A DNA stretch of 61,037 bases, filler included, from 6 parts of 6 records of this genome joined end to end with filler, not necessarily neighbours in it, one strand, 5' to 3'; counted from the whole stretch's first letter, positions 9,879-19,731 are shown. The notes: a model not told the origin generated them from the letters alone. A program made the numbers and translations.

Positions 9879-10970
9879 CTAATCCGCCTTTCGCTGTGAC
9901 AACGGAATTATCGACGTGCCGCGTTTTTCAACCACGGTCGACATCCATTCCAATCCTGATTTTACCGGCTCCCTGGACTGGTCTACCGGTTTTGGCGCCA
10001 GGCTGATAGCCTCGGACGGGCAGGTGGTGATACATAATCCGCAGCCTATGCATCGATCAAGGTTGATCTCGGCGACGTCGTCAATATAATTCACGGCGTT
10101 AACCTGGCAACGATCAAGACATATTTCGCAGCCCGTGCACAATTCGGAATCCACTTCGGCATTATAGTTCGCTACAACAGCCAGGGCCGGCTTTTCCAGT
10201 TTGTTCAGGCCGCGAAGGGCGGCGCAGCAGTCTCCGCAGCAATTGCACATGCCGCTTGGCTTTTGAGAATTAGTCGGCTGGGCCACCAATCCTGCTTCCT
10301 CGGCCTGCTCCTGGAGTTTAAGCGCCTCTTCCACGCTCACCTGCCTGCCGGTCCCCTTGTCGATAAAATGTTGAGCCCCCGAACCGAAAGCGAAACAGAC
10401 TTCCAACGGTTTGCCGCAGCCTTTGTCCAGCAGACCTGCCTGGACGCGGCACAAGCATGGGGCAACAGCAATCAGTTTCTGGGCTTTTATGATCTCGCGG
10501 ACATCATTGTAAGGAACCACGGGCAAGGCCGTATCAATCGACCGCCCCACCGGAATGGGCCTCAGAAGCTGTTCATGTTCCGACACCTGATTCAGTAATG
10601 TTTCAACAAAATATTTCTCATACAGTTCAGCCATTTCCCGGTTTATGTTGTTTTGCTGAAATTCATAGATGCCGAGCACAAACGGAACCGCGCCATACTT
10701 TTTAACGTCCCCCCGGTGATAACAAAACACGGTTCCTTTTTGATCCATCGCCTCAAGTTGCCGGGCAACCGACTCCGGGTCGCGGCCGATTCGCTCCGCA
10801 ATTTCCTCCGGGGTCTCGATCATCAGGCTCATTTGAAGAAAGAGTTCGGCATCCTCCGGCGTGAACAGTTTTTTCAAAATCTCAATTTCGACTCCGGACG
10901 GCGAGGCCGGAAAACCGATCGAATACTGGTCCAGTTGTTCCCTGAGCCTGGTATAAATATCTACGGACAT
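9879..10970 (-). CDS. 4Fe-4S dicluster protein with N-terminal HTH-like and Cys-rich central region
   Basis: CLCR...C...C, CNCCGDCC, CTGCEICLDRC, CIGCGLCITTCP. Confidence 0.85.
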   Translation of the reverse strand: MSVDIYTRLREQLDQYSIGFPASPSGVEIEILKKLFTPEDAELFLQMSLMIETPEEIAERIGRDPESVARQLEAMDQKGTVFCYHRGDVKKYGAVPFVLGIYEFQQNNINREMAELYEKYFVETLLNQVSEHEQLLRPIPVGRSIDTALPVVPYNDVREIIKAQKLIAVAPCLCRVQAGLLDKGCGKPLEVCFAFGSGAQHFIDKGTGRQVSVEEALKLQEQAEEAGLVAQPTNSQKPSGMCNCCGDCCAALRGLNKLEKPALAVVANYNAEVDSELCTGCEICLDRCQVNAVNYIDDVAEINLDRCIGCGLCITTCPSEAISLAPKPVDQSREPVKSGLEWMSTVVEKRGTSIIPLSQRKAD

Positions 10971-10988
10971 GAAAGCCTCCTCTATATA

Positions 10989-12149
10989 CTAAAGAGCTAT
11001 TTCCAAATCCTCGAGCGGGTATGCCGCACAGGAATGTATATAACCGAAAAGACGATCCGAATAACGAAGCTTGGCCGAAGGCGGCTGGAAAACCTTGCCC
11101 GAAATCAGTCTCAAGCGGCAAAGGCTGCATTCGCCGGACCGGCATGACGAAGGCACGATAACCCCTTCTTTTTCCAGCGAAATCAGCAGAGGCTCTCCTG
11201 CCTTGGCATTTATGCTTTTGCCGCCATGTACGTCAACTTTGTAAACTTCATCCGGGTTCACATCAGCCGGCCAGCCCGGCTGTGCGGCAATGTCCTTTGG
11301 AGGCCCGAACACTTCGGTTCTTATTTTCCTTTTCGGCACATTAATCTTTTTCAATTCATCAAGGCAAAAGTCGTACATGGCCGCCGGGCCGCATAAGTAA
11401 AACATCTTCGATCCAACATCGCCAATAAGGTCTTTCATCAAATCGGCGGTTATAAATCCTGACGGCCCTGTATAGCCCTCCTTGGGCTCCGATATCACAA
11501 TGCTGACTTTCACATTGGAATGCCTGGCCGTCCGGTCCTTTAATTCCTCGCCGAAAATGACGTCGGCTTCGTCCCGACATCCGTAAATCAAATGAATGTT
11601 TCTTTTCAGGCCCCTGTCCGCTACTTCCCGGATCATGCTCATAAACGGGGTGATACCGCTGCCCCCGCCCAAAAAGACCAGGTCCTGGCCATGGAAGAGG
11701 GGATTGTAAAAGAAGTTTCCGGATGGAGATGTGCTGCTGAAAAGGTCGCCCGCTTTTACATCATCCAACAGGTAATTGGATACAAAACCGTCATCCACCC
11801 GTTTAACCGTGATGTCGTAAAATCCGGTCTGGTTGGGCGGAGATGATATGCTGTAAGGCCTGCTGGTCCTCACGCCGGCCAACTCCACAAAAAGGTTTAT
11901 ATACTGACCGGCCTGAAAAGGCGGCAGGTACCCGTCCTCCGCTACAAGTCGCAGCGTTCTCGACGAGCCTGTTTCCTCTCTTACTTCCGAAACCCTCAGG
12001 TTCACCAGCTTGGGATGAAGCTGGTTGATTATTCTCTGTACTTCACCTTTCCTGGTCGTATAGTCGAATCCGTATTTGCGCAGAACCTCAATTTCTTCCA
12101 AGGTCCTGGTGTAACCTTCAATGTCATGTTTATGCTCTTGTAAACTCAT
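10989..12149 (-). CDS. FAD/NAD(P)-binding ferredoxin reductase with C-terminal 2Fe-2S (PaaE/KshB/Hcr-like)
   Basis: FQAGQY, RPYSISS, GGSGITP, LCGP, CRSGECSLC...C. Confidence 0.9.
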   Translation of the reverse strand: MSLQEHKHDIEGYTRTLEEIEVLRKYGFDYTTRKGEVQRIINQLHPKLVNLRVSEVREETGSSRTLRLVAEDGYLPPFQAGQYINLFVELAGVRTSRPYSISSPPNQTGFYDITVKRVDDGFVSNYLLDDVKAGDLFSSTSPSGNFFYNPLFHGQDLVFLGGGSGITPFMSMIREVADRGLKRNIHLIYGCRDEADVIFGEELKDRTARHSNVKVSIVISEPKEGYTGPSGFITADLMKDLIGDVGSKMFYLCGPAAMYDFCLDELKKINVPKRKIRTEVFGPPKDIAAQPGWPADVNPDEVYKVDVHGGKSINAKAGEPLLISLEKEGVIVPSSCRSGECSLCRLRLISGKVFQPPSAKLRYSDRLFGYIHSCAAYPLEDLEIAL

Positions 12150-12159
12150 GAAATCACCT

Positions 12160-13653
12160 TCACTTTCCCTGCAATGATTTCAGGATGGCCTTGGCGGCCG
12201 ACGCGCCCGACTCAAAGGTCGGCTGAAAACCGCCGGACTCCGCCCAGGCCCCGGCAAAATAAAGACCTTCAATGGCCGGCGTCTGAGACCTGAACAGGTT
12301 CGTGTTTTTCCCAAGCCGGTCGAACCCGTATATCGCCCCCCTGGGCTGCCCAAGATAACGCAGGTGAGTAAGCGGGGTCGCCACTTCCAATTCCTCTATC
12401 CTTTCCCGGCAGCCGGGAAATACTTCTTCGGCCATGGCCAGCATGGCTTCGGCAAACCTGTATTTGGCTTCCGCATACTGGGTCGGCGGAATCGACAGCC
12501 AGGGATCGGCGTAAACCAGTGCGACCAGCGCGGCCTGGCAGGTTCCGGGAGGAGAAAAATCCGGATCCGAGACGTCGTAACAGGTAAACAGAGTCGCCTC
12601 GGGAGGATCAAGGGTCCCGAACAGGGAATAAGCTTTTTCATAATCCGTGCTCTTGCAGATAAAATTGGTTGTTTCCTTTATTCCCAATTCTTCCGGCTCC
12701 GCGTCGAATCCAATGAACAGAGTTACCGCTGAAATACCTACAGTGTTGGCGCCCAGGTTTCTGAATTGATCCTCCGGAACATTTTCTCTGTCGATAAGAT
12801 CCACGTAAGTATTAAAAGATCCGGCATTGGATAGAATATAGTCTGTCTTTATTTCGTCTCCGTCTTCCGTTACAACCCCTTTAACCTTGCTGTCCGAAAC
12901 AATGATCCTCTCGGCCCGGCAGTTAAACCTGGCCTGTCCGCCCGCTTTATAAAATGCATCCAATAGGGCGCTTGATATGGCCTGAGATCCTCCCTTGACA
13001 TGATACGGCTTAAATTCACAATAGGCCCATAACAAAATCGCCAGGTCGCTGAAAGGCATCTTACTGGGCGGTTGGCCCATGTACGGCCAGTAAACGCTGA
13101 TCACGGCCTTTAATTTGGGATCCTTGAAAAATTCATTCAGGACGCTCTCTGTATCCCGAAGGTAATACTTGAAATAAGTGGGGTACTTTTCCTTGGATGC
13201 TTCCGGATCCTTCATGAACTGAGCGCCGACAATATCCATGCACAGGTCGTATACCAGGCCGAAAAAGCGTTCAATGGCATCCGCCTCTTCCGGAAACTCC
13301 TTGCATAAGGAACTGACCGCTTCTTCACGCGTAGCCCCTAAGATTATGTCCAATTCGCCCGGTATTACCAGGCGGTACAGATTTTCCATTTCAACGAACT
13401 GGATGCTGTCCATGACCCCCAATTCGCCGAAAAGAGCCCGCAAAGGCCCCGGTCTCTCTTCCGTTCCCATGCCGCTTAGCTGGTGCAGGGCCACTTCAAA
13501 CTCAAACCGGCCCCTGATGAAAGTCGTGGCGCAGCCGCCCGGGATATTGTGTCTTTCCAGCATTAACACCCGCTTGCCTGCCCTGGCCAGGGTCAGGGCG
13601 GATGTCAGCCCTCCATTCCCCGCGCCGATAACCACTACGTCATAGTCAGTCAT
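12160..13653 (-). CDS. Phytoene desaturase (CrtI/CrtISO/RetSat)-family FAD-dependent oxidoreductase
   Basis: VVIGAGNGG, LERHNIPGGCATTF.RGRFEFE, ATPLT..RY....GAIYGF, GLYFAGAW...GGF. Confidence 0.85.
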   Translation of the reverse strand: MTDYDVVVIGAGNGGLTSALTLARAGKRVLMLERHNIPGGCATTFIRGRFEFEVALHQLSGMGTEERPGPLRALFGELGVMDSIQFVEMENLYRLVIPGELDIILGATREEAVSSLCKEFPEEADAIERFFGLVYDLCMDIVGAQFMKDPEASKEKYPTYFKYYLRDTESVLNEFFKDPKLKAVISVYWPYMGQPPSKMPFSDLAILLWAYCEFKPYHVKGGSQAISSALLDAFYKAGGQARFNCRAERIIVSDSKVKGVVTEDGDEIKTDYILSNAGSFNTYVDLIDRENVPEDQFRNLGANTVGISAVTLFIGFDAEPEELGIKETTNFICKSTDYEKAYSLFGTLDPPEATLFTCYDVSDPDFSPPGTCQAALVALVYADPWLSIPPTQYAEAKYRFAEAMLAMAEEVFPGCRERIEELEVATPLTHLRYLGQPRGAIYGFDRLGKNTNLFRSQTPAIEGLYFAGAWAESGGFQPTFESGASAAKAILKSLQGK

Positions 13654-13701
13654 AGCGCTTCTCCTTTCTTTTTGCTTCAGGTATTGTTTTGTAATACATA
13701 G

Positions 13702-14430
13702 CTATTTGGTTTTTTTTGCCGAGCTTTCCTGCAAACTCTTCCGCGCATAGATCCGACGCTGAAATATCCGGTCAATTACATAAGCTCTCAAGGCCCGGGC
13801 CGTCCTGGTCATGCCGAGCGTCATTTCGGCGTTCTGTTCAAAACCCAAACTGGCGGTGTATTTTTCCCTTAACTCAAATTCATGGTTCACGATTTGCTCC
13901 GCGAACCTGGGGTAGAATTCCCATTCTTCAGGCTTCATCCCCATGTCCAAACCGTACCGCAGGCTTTTGCCGATGGCGATGTCTTCCTCGTCAAATAAAC
14001 TGTCTTCCAAAGGACTAAGAATACTGCGCGCCAAAAATTCATCAGTTTCTTCCACGGACAAACCCGTGGCCATGCAAAAAGATTCTTTATCGATTCGATC
14101 GTTGGAAAAATGAAACAGGTGCTCATGAAGCTCCAAAAGAGGAGTCACATCCCTGCCCTTATCCATTTCCCGCAGCACGCCCTTAATAGCGGCCAATGGA
14201 AGACGCATCCTGTGCTGGATCTGCTTTATCAAGGCTATGCGCTCAACAGTGGAAGGATGATAGTAGGCCATGTTGGGGCCGGTTTTGACCGGCTGCGGAA
14301 GCAGCCCCTCATTTACATAATGAATTATTGTGGATTTTGGCAAGCCGGTGGCTTCCATCAGGTCCTTCATTTTCAACATCGGACTTTGAGCCTCTTCCGC
14401 TCGCCTTTCTTTTTTCGCCTCTTGCGGCAA
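13702..14430 (-). CDS. MerR-family transcriptional regulator
   Basis: LKMKDLMEATGLPKSTIIHYVNEGLLPQP.KTGPNMAYY; TTG start with GAGGTG RBS. Confidence 0.88.
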   Translation of the reverse strand: MPQEAKKERRAEEAQSPMLKMKDLMEATGLPKSTIIHYVNEGLLPQPVKTGPNMAYYHPSTVERIALIKQIQHRMRLPLAAIKGVLREMDKGRDVTPLLELHEHLFHFSNDRIDKESFCMATGLSVEETDEFLARSILSPLEDSLFDEEDIAIGKSLRYGLDMGMKPEEWEFYPRFAEQIVNHEFELREKYTASLGFEQNAEMTLGMTRTARALRAYVIDRIFQRRIYARKSLQESSAKKTK

Positions 14431-14464
14431 AATTCACCTCATCAGTTGCTTTGATTTTTGATGC

Positions 14465-14500
14465 AAATTACCACTTAGAGCAAAAAGTGTCAAGTGACAC
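14465..14500 (-). promoter_or_regulatory. Sigma70 promoter with overlapping palindromic operator
   Basis: Minus strand TTGACA (14493-14488), 17 nt, TGn-TAATTT (14470-14465); palindrome GTGTCA-ag-TGACAC (14487-14500) covers the -35. Confidence 0.65.
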
Positions 14501-14636
14501 CTTACACTTAATTGGCTATGCGTCATTTTGATTACATCCATTAATAACCATTTGAATCCTGATCAGGATCAGATATATTTGACGCGAGCGAACCGGCGGC
14601 CCATTTGGCTTGGCCGCTGAACAAGGAATATGAGAA

Positions 14637-15611
14637 ATGGTAAAAATAATTGACATAGAATCGCCCGAGGAATTCATCTCTTTTTTAAGGCCGCACAACA
14701 AACACTGGATTTCCGACCGCCTGCAGGACACGGCCCTGACAAACCCGACCGGCTGGATTTACCGCGGTAAAAGAGACGCAGCCTGGACGCTGCTGCCAAA
14801 AGCTCTGAGACCTCGCGCCATAGAAGATTACGCCGGGACCCTGATTTCCTGCGACAAAGACTCCCCCCTTGCCGTCAGGCAGCAATACCTGGCCCACCAT
14901 ATCCTTTCGGAATTGAGCGCCGTGGAATGGTTTCTCGAACTGGCCGACGAACTTGGCATCCCGACTCCCATCCGCTATGCCCTGCGCAGGGAGATCGTTG
15001 AACTTAAAAATGTATTCTTGAAACGAGGCGCCAATCCCTGCACCAAGGATTCGTACGACCTTACCCGGCCGGTCCCTCCGGATTCACTAATAGAAGCCTT
15101 TGCCCTGGCCCAGCACCACGGTATACCAACCCGGCTGCTGGACTGGACCTGGTCGCCGCTGGTCGCCGCATATTTTGCGGCCCGGGGCGCCTGGAGACCC
15201 GGCAGAAAACCGGGAAGTTCAGACAGGATAGCGGTTTGGGCAGTCAATATAAGGGGCCTGAATATCGAAGAAGGCGATAAAAGGGTCAAACCCATAATCG
15301 CATATGGCGGCCAAAACGACTATTTGAGATCCCAGGCCGGCCTTTTTCTATACGATGTTGAAGCCAACCAGCATTTTCTCCAGACCGGCGAATGGCCGGA
15401 CCTGGACAGCGCCCTGGAATCTCTTTGGGACGGAGACCCGGAAGAGATTCCTTTTCTGAAAATTACAGCCCCATGTTCCAAGGCGCCCGACATCCTGAGA
15501 ATTCTTTTTTATGAAAGAATCACGCCGGCCCATATCATGCCTACCCTGGACAGCGTGGCCGAAACCGTCCTGTACTATCAGCACCTGTTCGAGCGAAATA
15601 ATATTACATAG
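14637..15611 (+). CDS. FRG-domain protein
   Basis: WIYRG, AQHHGIPTRLLDWTWSPLVAAYFA, YLRSQAGLF. Confidence 0.9.
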   Translation: MVKIIDIESPEEFISFLRPHNKHWISDRLQDTALTNPTGWIYRGKRDAAWTLLPKALRPRAIEDYAGTLISCDKDSPLAVRQQYLAHHILSELSAVEWFLELADELGIPTPIRYALRREIVELKNVFLKRGANPCTKDSYDLTRPVPPDSLIEAFALAQHHGIPTRLLDWTWSPLVAAYFAARGAWRPGRKPGSSDRIAVWAVNIRGLNIEEGDKRVKPIIAYGGQNDYLRSQAGLFLYDVEANQHFLQTGEWPDLDSALESLWDGDPEEIPFLKITAPCSKAPDILRILFYERITPAHIMPTLDSVAETVLYYQHLFERNNIT

Positions 15612-15628
15612 GCGGGATGTAACGTTAA

Positions 15629-16111
15629 TTGAGAATCGCCCGTATATTACTCATTCTTACAGCCTTTGCGGCGCTTATTCCCGCCCTTGTCCGGGCTGAA
15701 GCCATTCAAGGGCGGGTCATATACGTCCGCGACGGCGACTCGCTGTTAATCAGATCTTCCGGCAAGAACTTTATGGTGCGCATACATGGGATCGATTGCC
15801 CGGAACTGGGCCAGGCCTATGGGAAAAAAGCCAGGATGTTCACCAAAAAGATCGCCTTAAACAAGACGGTTTCCGTAATCCCGAAGGATATCGATTCCTA
15901 TAATCGTATAGTGGGCGACATCATGCTCCCGGACGGCCGAAACCTGGCCTTCGCCCTGGTGGAGGCGGGCCTGGCCTGGTGGTATCGATATTACGCCCCG
16001 AATAACAGGCGACTTGAATCCCTTGAAAAAAAAGCCCGTCAAAAAAGGATCGGACTCTGGGCCGGTAAAAATCCCGTACCGCCCCGGGACTGGCGTAACC
16101 AGAATAAATAA
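15629..16111 (+). CDS. Secreted thermonuclease (SNase family)
   Basis: Signal peptide; DGDS, VRIHGIDCPE, DSYNRIVG, LVEAGLAW, ARQKRIGLW. Confidence 0.92.
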   Translation: MRIARILLILTAFAALIPALVRAEAIQGRVIYVRDGDSLLIRSSGKNFMVRIHGIDCPELGQAYGKKARMFTKKIALNKTVSVIPKDIDSYNRIVGDIMLPDGRNLAFALVEAGLAWWYRYYAPNNRRLESLEKKARQKRIGLWAGKNPVPPRDWRNQNK

Positions 16112-16130
16112 TTCTCTAAAAATCCTCGGG

Positions 16131-16148
16131 GGCGGTTCGTGAACCGCC
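16131..16148. repeat. REP-like palindrome / possible terminator
   Basis: GGCGGTTC-gt-GAACCGCC followed by TTT, 20 nt after the nuclease stop. Confidence 0.5.
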
Positions 16149-16216
16149 TTTCAAATGACCCTTTTCCCTTATGACCCGGTTGTAAGAATTATAGCGTTTC
16201 TCATATTAAAGTTCCG

Positions 16217-16316
16217 NNNNNNNNNNNNNNNNNNNNNNNNNNNNNNNNNNNNNNNNNNNNTTAATTAATTAANNNNNNNNNNNNNNNNNNNNNNNNNNNN
16301 NNNNNNNNNNNNNNNN
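16217..16316. other. Artificial contig spacer
   Basis: N-run with TTAATTAATTAA. Confidence 0.99.
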
Positions 16317-16568
16317 CCGACCTTTCATGAGTCGCTTGTTTGTATTACCCCGGTAACAGTTGATCAGAGATAGCACTAAAACCAGTAGTGTGAGTTGGTG
16401 CCGTATCTACGCCTGCCTATCTGGAGCAGGGCAATTCCCAATCTTTCTTATGGTGAAATTTGCTTATTTATATTATTTATCACCAAAATTTTATAGTCAC
16501 TGCTGGTTAGGCCGTGACGACGTCGATCATGTAATTCAAAGGGTTTAGAGCTTAAAGAGGAGGGAAGT

Positions 16569-17594
16569 GTGAAGAAAATACTGACATGTCTGATAGCTGC
16601 TTTAACGATGGTGTGTTTTGCAGCTCCTGGCGCACTCATGGCCAAGGAAAATAAAGTAACAAAACCTGCAACCCTTACCTGGGTCGCTGGCGGTGTTGGC
16701 GGTGGCTGGTATGTACAGGCTGGTGGTATAGCCAGAATGATAGCAGAGAAGGAGCCTAACCTGGTTCTCAAGGTTGTACCTGGCGGCGGTGTTGTTAATC
16801 CGGTTCGTGTTTCCAAGCATAAGGACGATCTGGGCTGGGGAATTACTTTTGTCGATAAAATGGCATTCAAAGGGTTGGCACCTGTTTATAAAAAACCAAA
16901 TCCTGATGTTCGTTCACTTGGCGGCATCTTCGGCATCTATCATATCCACGTGCTTGGCGCTAAAGATAAGGGTGTTACCGACATGGCTCAACTTGCTGAA
17001 ATGGTGAAAGCCGGTAAAAAAATCAAGGTTGCCGCACCTATGAAAGGTACCTCTGACCTGCCGCTGATTAATAACATTTTAGCGTTTTACGGTATCTCCC
17101 TCAAAGATATCGAAGCTGCAGGAGGTAAGGTGTTTAATGCCGTGTATGCAGATATGGTTAATCTGTATAAAGATAAGCATGTAGATTTTGTTTTTACTCA
17201 TCTTGGTCTGCCAGGTGCAGCCATAACTGAGATGAGTGTTAGTCGTGATTCCTCGCTGATTGCCCTTTCAAATGAATGTGTGGATCATATCGCTGGTGAA
17301 TTGGGAACCCTTTCCAGAGATACAGGTAGGTCCATGATTCCTAAAGGCACCTATAAGGGACAGGACGTCGATGTGCCAACTGTGGTCTCAGCTGGAGAAC
17401 TCCTCGTCAATAAAGATGTGGCAGATAACATTGCGTACACAATAATCAAGATTATCTGTGAGAATACCGAAGAGTTGTACAAGATCAATCCGGCAAATAA
17501 GAACTTTAAGCCGGAAACCGGTTGGAAAAATGTGGCCTTGCCACTCCATCCGGGTGCTGAGAGTTATTATAAGGATGCTGGGTTCATGAAATAA
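16569..17594 (+). CDS. TAXI-family TRAP transporter solute receptor
   Basis: Signal peptide; AGGVGGGWY, PGGGVVN, IPKGTYKGQ, PLHPGA..YY; GTG start with GAGGAGG RBS. Confidence 0.92.
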   Translation: MKKILTCLIAALTMVCFAAPGALMAKENKVTKPATLTWVAGGVGGGWYVQAGGIARMIAEKEPNLVLKVVPGGGVVNPVRVSKHKDDLGWGITFVDKMAFKGLAPVYKKPNPDVRSLGGIFGIYHIHVLGAKDKGVTDMAQLAEMVKAGKKIKVAAPMKGTSDLPLINNILAFYGISLKDIEAAGGKVFNAVYADMVNLYKDKHVDFVFTHLGLPGAAITEMSVSRDSSLIALSNECVDHIAGELGTLSRDTGRSMIPKGTYKGQDVDVPTVVSAGELLVNKDVADNIAYTIIKIICENTEELYKINPANKNFKPETGWKNVALPLHPGAESYYKDAGFMK

Positions 17595-17599
17595 TGCCT

Positions 17600-17734
17600 G
17601 ATGGTGTCGTAAAAACTTCGATCTAATTCATCAGCGGTATTAATACTCGTTTAGTGGCGACATAGCAATGTAGGGTGGGTCTAAGGCGACAACGTGGGAC
17701 CGGTGAACGATCGCGAACTTTTTACCAGTTCGTT
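17600..17734. mobile_element. Degenerate MITE/REP-like intergenic element
   Basis: Left gatggtgtcgtaaaaacttcgatc versus right gatcgcgaactttttaccagttcgtt: imperfect terminal inverted repeats. Confidence 0.4.
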
Positions 17735-17770
17735 AAGCATCACTATTAACAGTTTATTTTTTTGCAAAAT

Positions 17771-17800
17771 GGCAGGGCGTGTAACCGCGTCCTGCCTTTC
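17771..17800 (+). terminator. Stem-loop between receptor and permease genes
   Basis: ggcagggcgtg-taac-cgcgtcctgcc followed by tttc. Confidence 0.45.
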
Positions 17801-17817
17801 TCTATATTAGGAATGTT

Positions 17818-19731
17818 ATGAAAGAGCAGGTAGGGTGGCAAGGCAAGCTCATAGGCACGTGGCTTGTCACGATTTCTATTTTTCAACTCTATACAGCGAG
17901 TGTAGGGATATTTGAACCACGAATCCAGCGGGGGATTCACCTGCTCTTCTTATTGCCTGCTGCCTTTGTTATGTTTCCTGTGTTCAGGAAAAAGGAAGGC
18001 CATCAAGCTGGTATTTTGGATTGGATGTTGGCGATTCTGTCCATGTTTCCTTCGCTTTATATTATCTATTTCCACGATCGACTTGCAGAGCGGCTTGAGT
18101 TTGTAGACGATGTGCTGCCCATTGAGCTTGTTCTGGGCGCGATGATGATTTTGCTTCTGCTGGAGGCTGTGCGTCGGGCCGTTGTACCTGCCATGTCTTT
18201 CTTGATTGCAGCATTTTTTGGTTATCTCTATGCCGCGCCTTACCTGCCAGGTGTTTTTTATGCCAAGCCGCTCCCTTTTGCAGAAATTGTGGAGATGCAG
18301 TACCTGATAACCGATGCTGGTATTTTCGGATCTATTACGGGGGTTTCTGCAACATTTGTTGCCCTGTTTGTAATTTTCGGTGCTTTTATGGAAATCACCA
18401 AGACCGGCCAGTTTTTTACCGATCTTGCCTGTCGGGTAGCTGGCAAAGGGCGGGGCGGGCCAGCAAAAATAGCGATTATTTCGTCTGGCCTGTTTGGTTC
18501 CATTTCTGGCGTGGCTGCTGCAAATGTCTATTCCACGGGCGTGTTCACTATCCCGCTCATGAAAAAGCTCGGCTACCGTCGTCGGTTTGCAGGCGCTGTT
18601 GAGGCTGCCGCTTCCACCGGCGGAATGCTTATGCCTCCGGTAATGGGGGCAGGGGCCTTTGTTATGGCGGAAATTACCGGTATCTCTTATGTGCAGATTG
18701 TTATTGCCGCGATGCTCGGTGCCATTCTCTATTATGTGAGCCTTATAGCACGGGTCCACTTCACTGCCCAGAAAGAGAATCTGGTGGGGTTGCGTGAAGA
18801 GGACATGGTCTCTTATAAGCAGATTATCAAAGACTCTTACCTGCTTATCCCTATGGTCTGTCTGGTGGCGATGCTGCTCAATGGTTATTCACCGTTTTTG
18901 GCAGCCAATGCCTCTATTTTGCTAACCTTTTTGATTAGTTTTTTCAAAAAGGATACTCGTATGACTCCGGCCCGTTTATGGCAGACGCTGCTCCTTTCTG
19001 GTCAGAATATGGTCATGATAGCCTTGGCATGTGCAGGAGCTGGTATGGTTGTTTCTGTTGTAACCCATACCGGATTGGCGCTCGGTATTGCCACGGTTAT
19101 TACCAACTGGTCTGGCGGACAAATGCTGCCGGCAATGTTGCTGATCATGGTTACCTCTCTGGTTTTGGGCATGGGGCTGCCCTGTACGCCTGCTTATATT
19201 ATTGCCATTACCATCGGTGGACCGGCGCTGTTGGCTATGGGGGCGGATATGCTGCCAGCCCATCTCTTTGTTTTCTATTTTGCTATTTTGGCTGGCATCA
19301 CGCCGCCTGTGTGTGTGCCAGCGTATTGTGCTGCTTCCATAGCTATGTCTAAACCGCTGCAAACTGGGGTGGAGGCCTTTAAGCTTGCCCTGGTCGGTTT
19401 TCTCATTCCTTACGTTTTTATCTTTAACCAGGCATTGTTGATGAAAGGCACCCCTTTGGAAATCATTACTGTTACAGCAGTGCTTTTACTGGCAGTTTTC
19501 TTTTTTGCTGGTGCTTTGAGTGGGTACTTTTTTAGACCGCTGCCCATAACCTTCCGGATAGCTCTGTTCGGACTGGCAACGTTGACAACCGTACTTTGTA
19601 CGCTACCGCAGTTGATCAACTCTTTGTCTGTGCAGATTCCCATAGGTGTACTGCTGCTGGCCTTTTTGACATCACCATTTTGGCGAAAATCCACCACACC
19701 CAGCGATGAAAGTGGAGAAATAGCAGCTTGA
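17818..19731 (+). CDS. TRAP transporter fused 4TM/12TM permease
   Basis: Many TM segments; GRGGPAKIAIISSGLFGSISG, EAAASTGG.LMPPVMGAGAF, LGMGLP...AY, ITPPV. Confidence 0.93.
   Translation: MKEQVGWQGKLIGTWLVTISIFQLYTASVGIFEPRIQRGIHLLFLLPAAFVMFPVFRKKEGHQAGILDWMLAILSMFPSLYIIYFHDRLAERLEFVDDVLPIELVLGAMMILLLLEAVRRAVVPAMSFLIAAFFGYLYAAPYLPGVFYAKPLPFAEIVEMQYLITDAGIFGSITGVSATFVALFVIFGAFMEITKTGQFFTDLACRVAGKGRGGPAKIAIISSGLFGSISGVAAANVYSTGVFTIPLMKKLGYRRRFAGAVEAAASTGGMLMPPVMGAGAFVMAEITGISYVQIVIAAMLGAILYYVSLIARVHFTAQKENLVGLREEDMVSYKQIIKDSYLLIPMVCLVAMLLNGYSPFLAANASILLTFLISFFKKDTRMTPARLWQTLLLSGQNMVMIALACAGAGMVVSVVTHTGLALGIATVITNWSGGQMLPAMLLIMVTSLVLGMGLPCTPAYIIAITIGGPALLAMGADMLPAHLFVFYFAILAGITPPVCVPAYCAASIAMSKPLQTGVEAFKLALVGFLIPYVFIFNQALLMKGTPLEIITVTAVLLLAVFFFAGALSGYFFRPLPITFRIALFGLATLTTVLCTLPQLINSLSVQIPIGVLLLAFLTSPFWRKSTTPSDESGEIAA

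Noticed and set aside
12160-13653. Carotenoid biosynthesis (crtI)
   Set aside because: No phytoene synthase or other crt genes nearby; family-level similarity only.
1568-15611. Two FRG genes as one multi-gene system
   Set aside because: They lie on different contigs from apparently different domains of life; co-occurrence in the window is not linkage.
16451-16466. Sigma54 promoter before the TAXI gene (TGGTGAAATTTGC)
   Set aside because: GG to GC spacing is 8 nt rather than the required 10.
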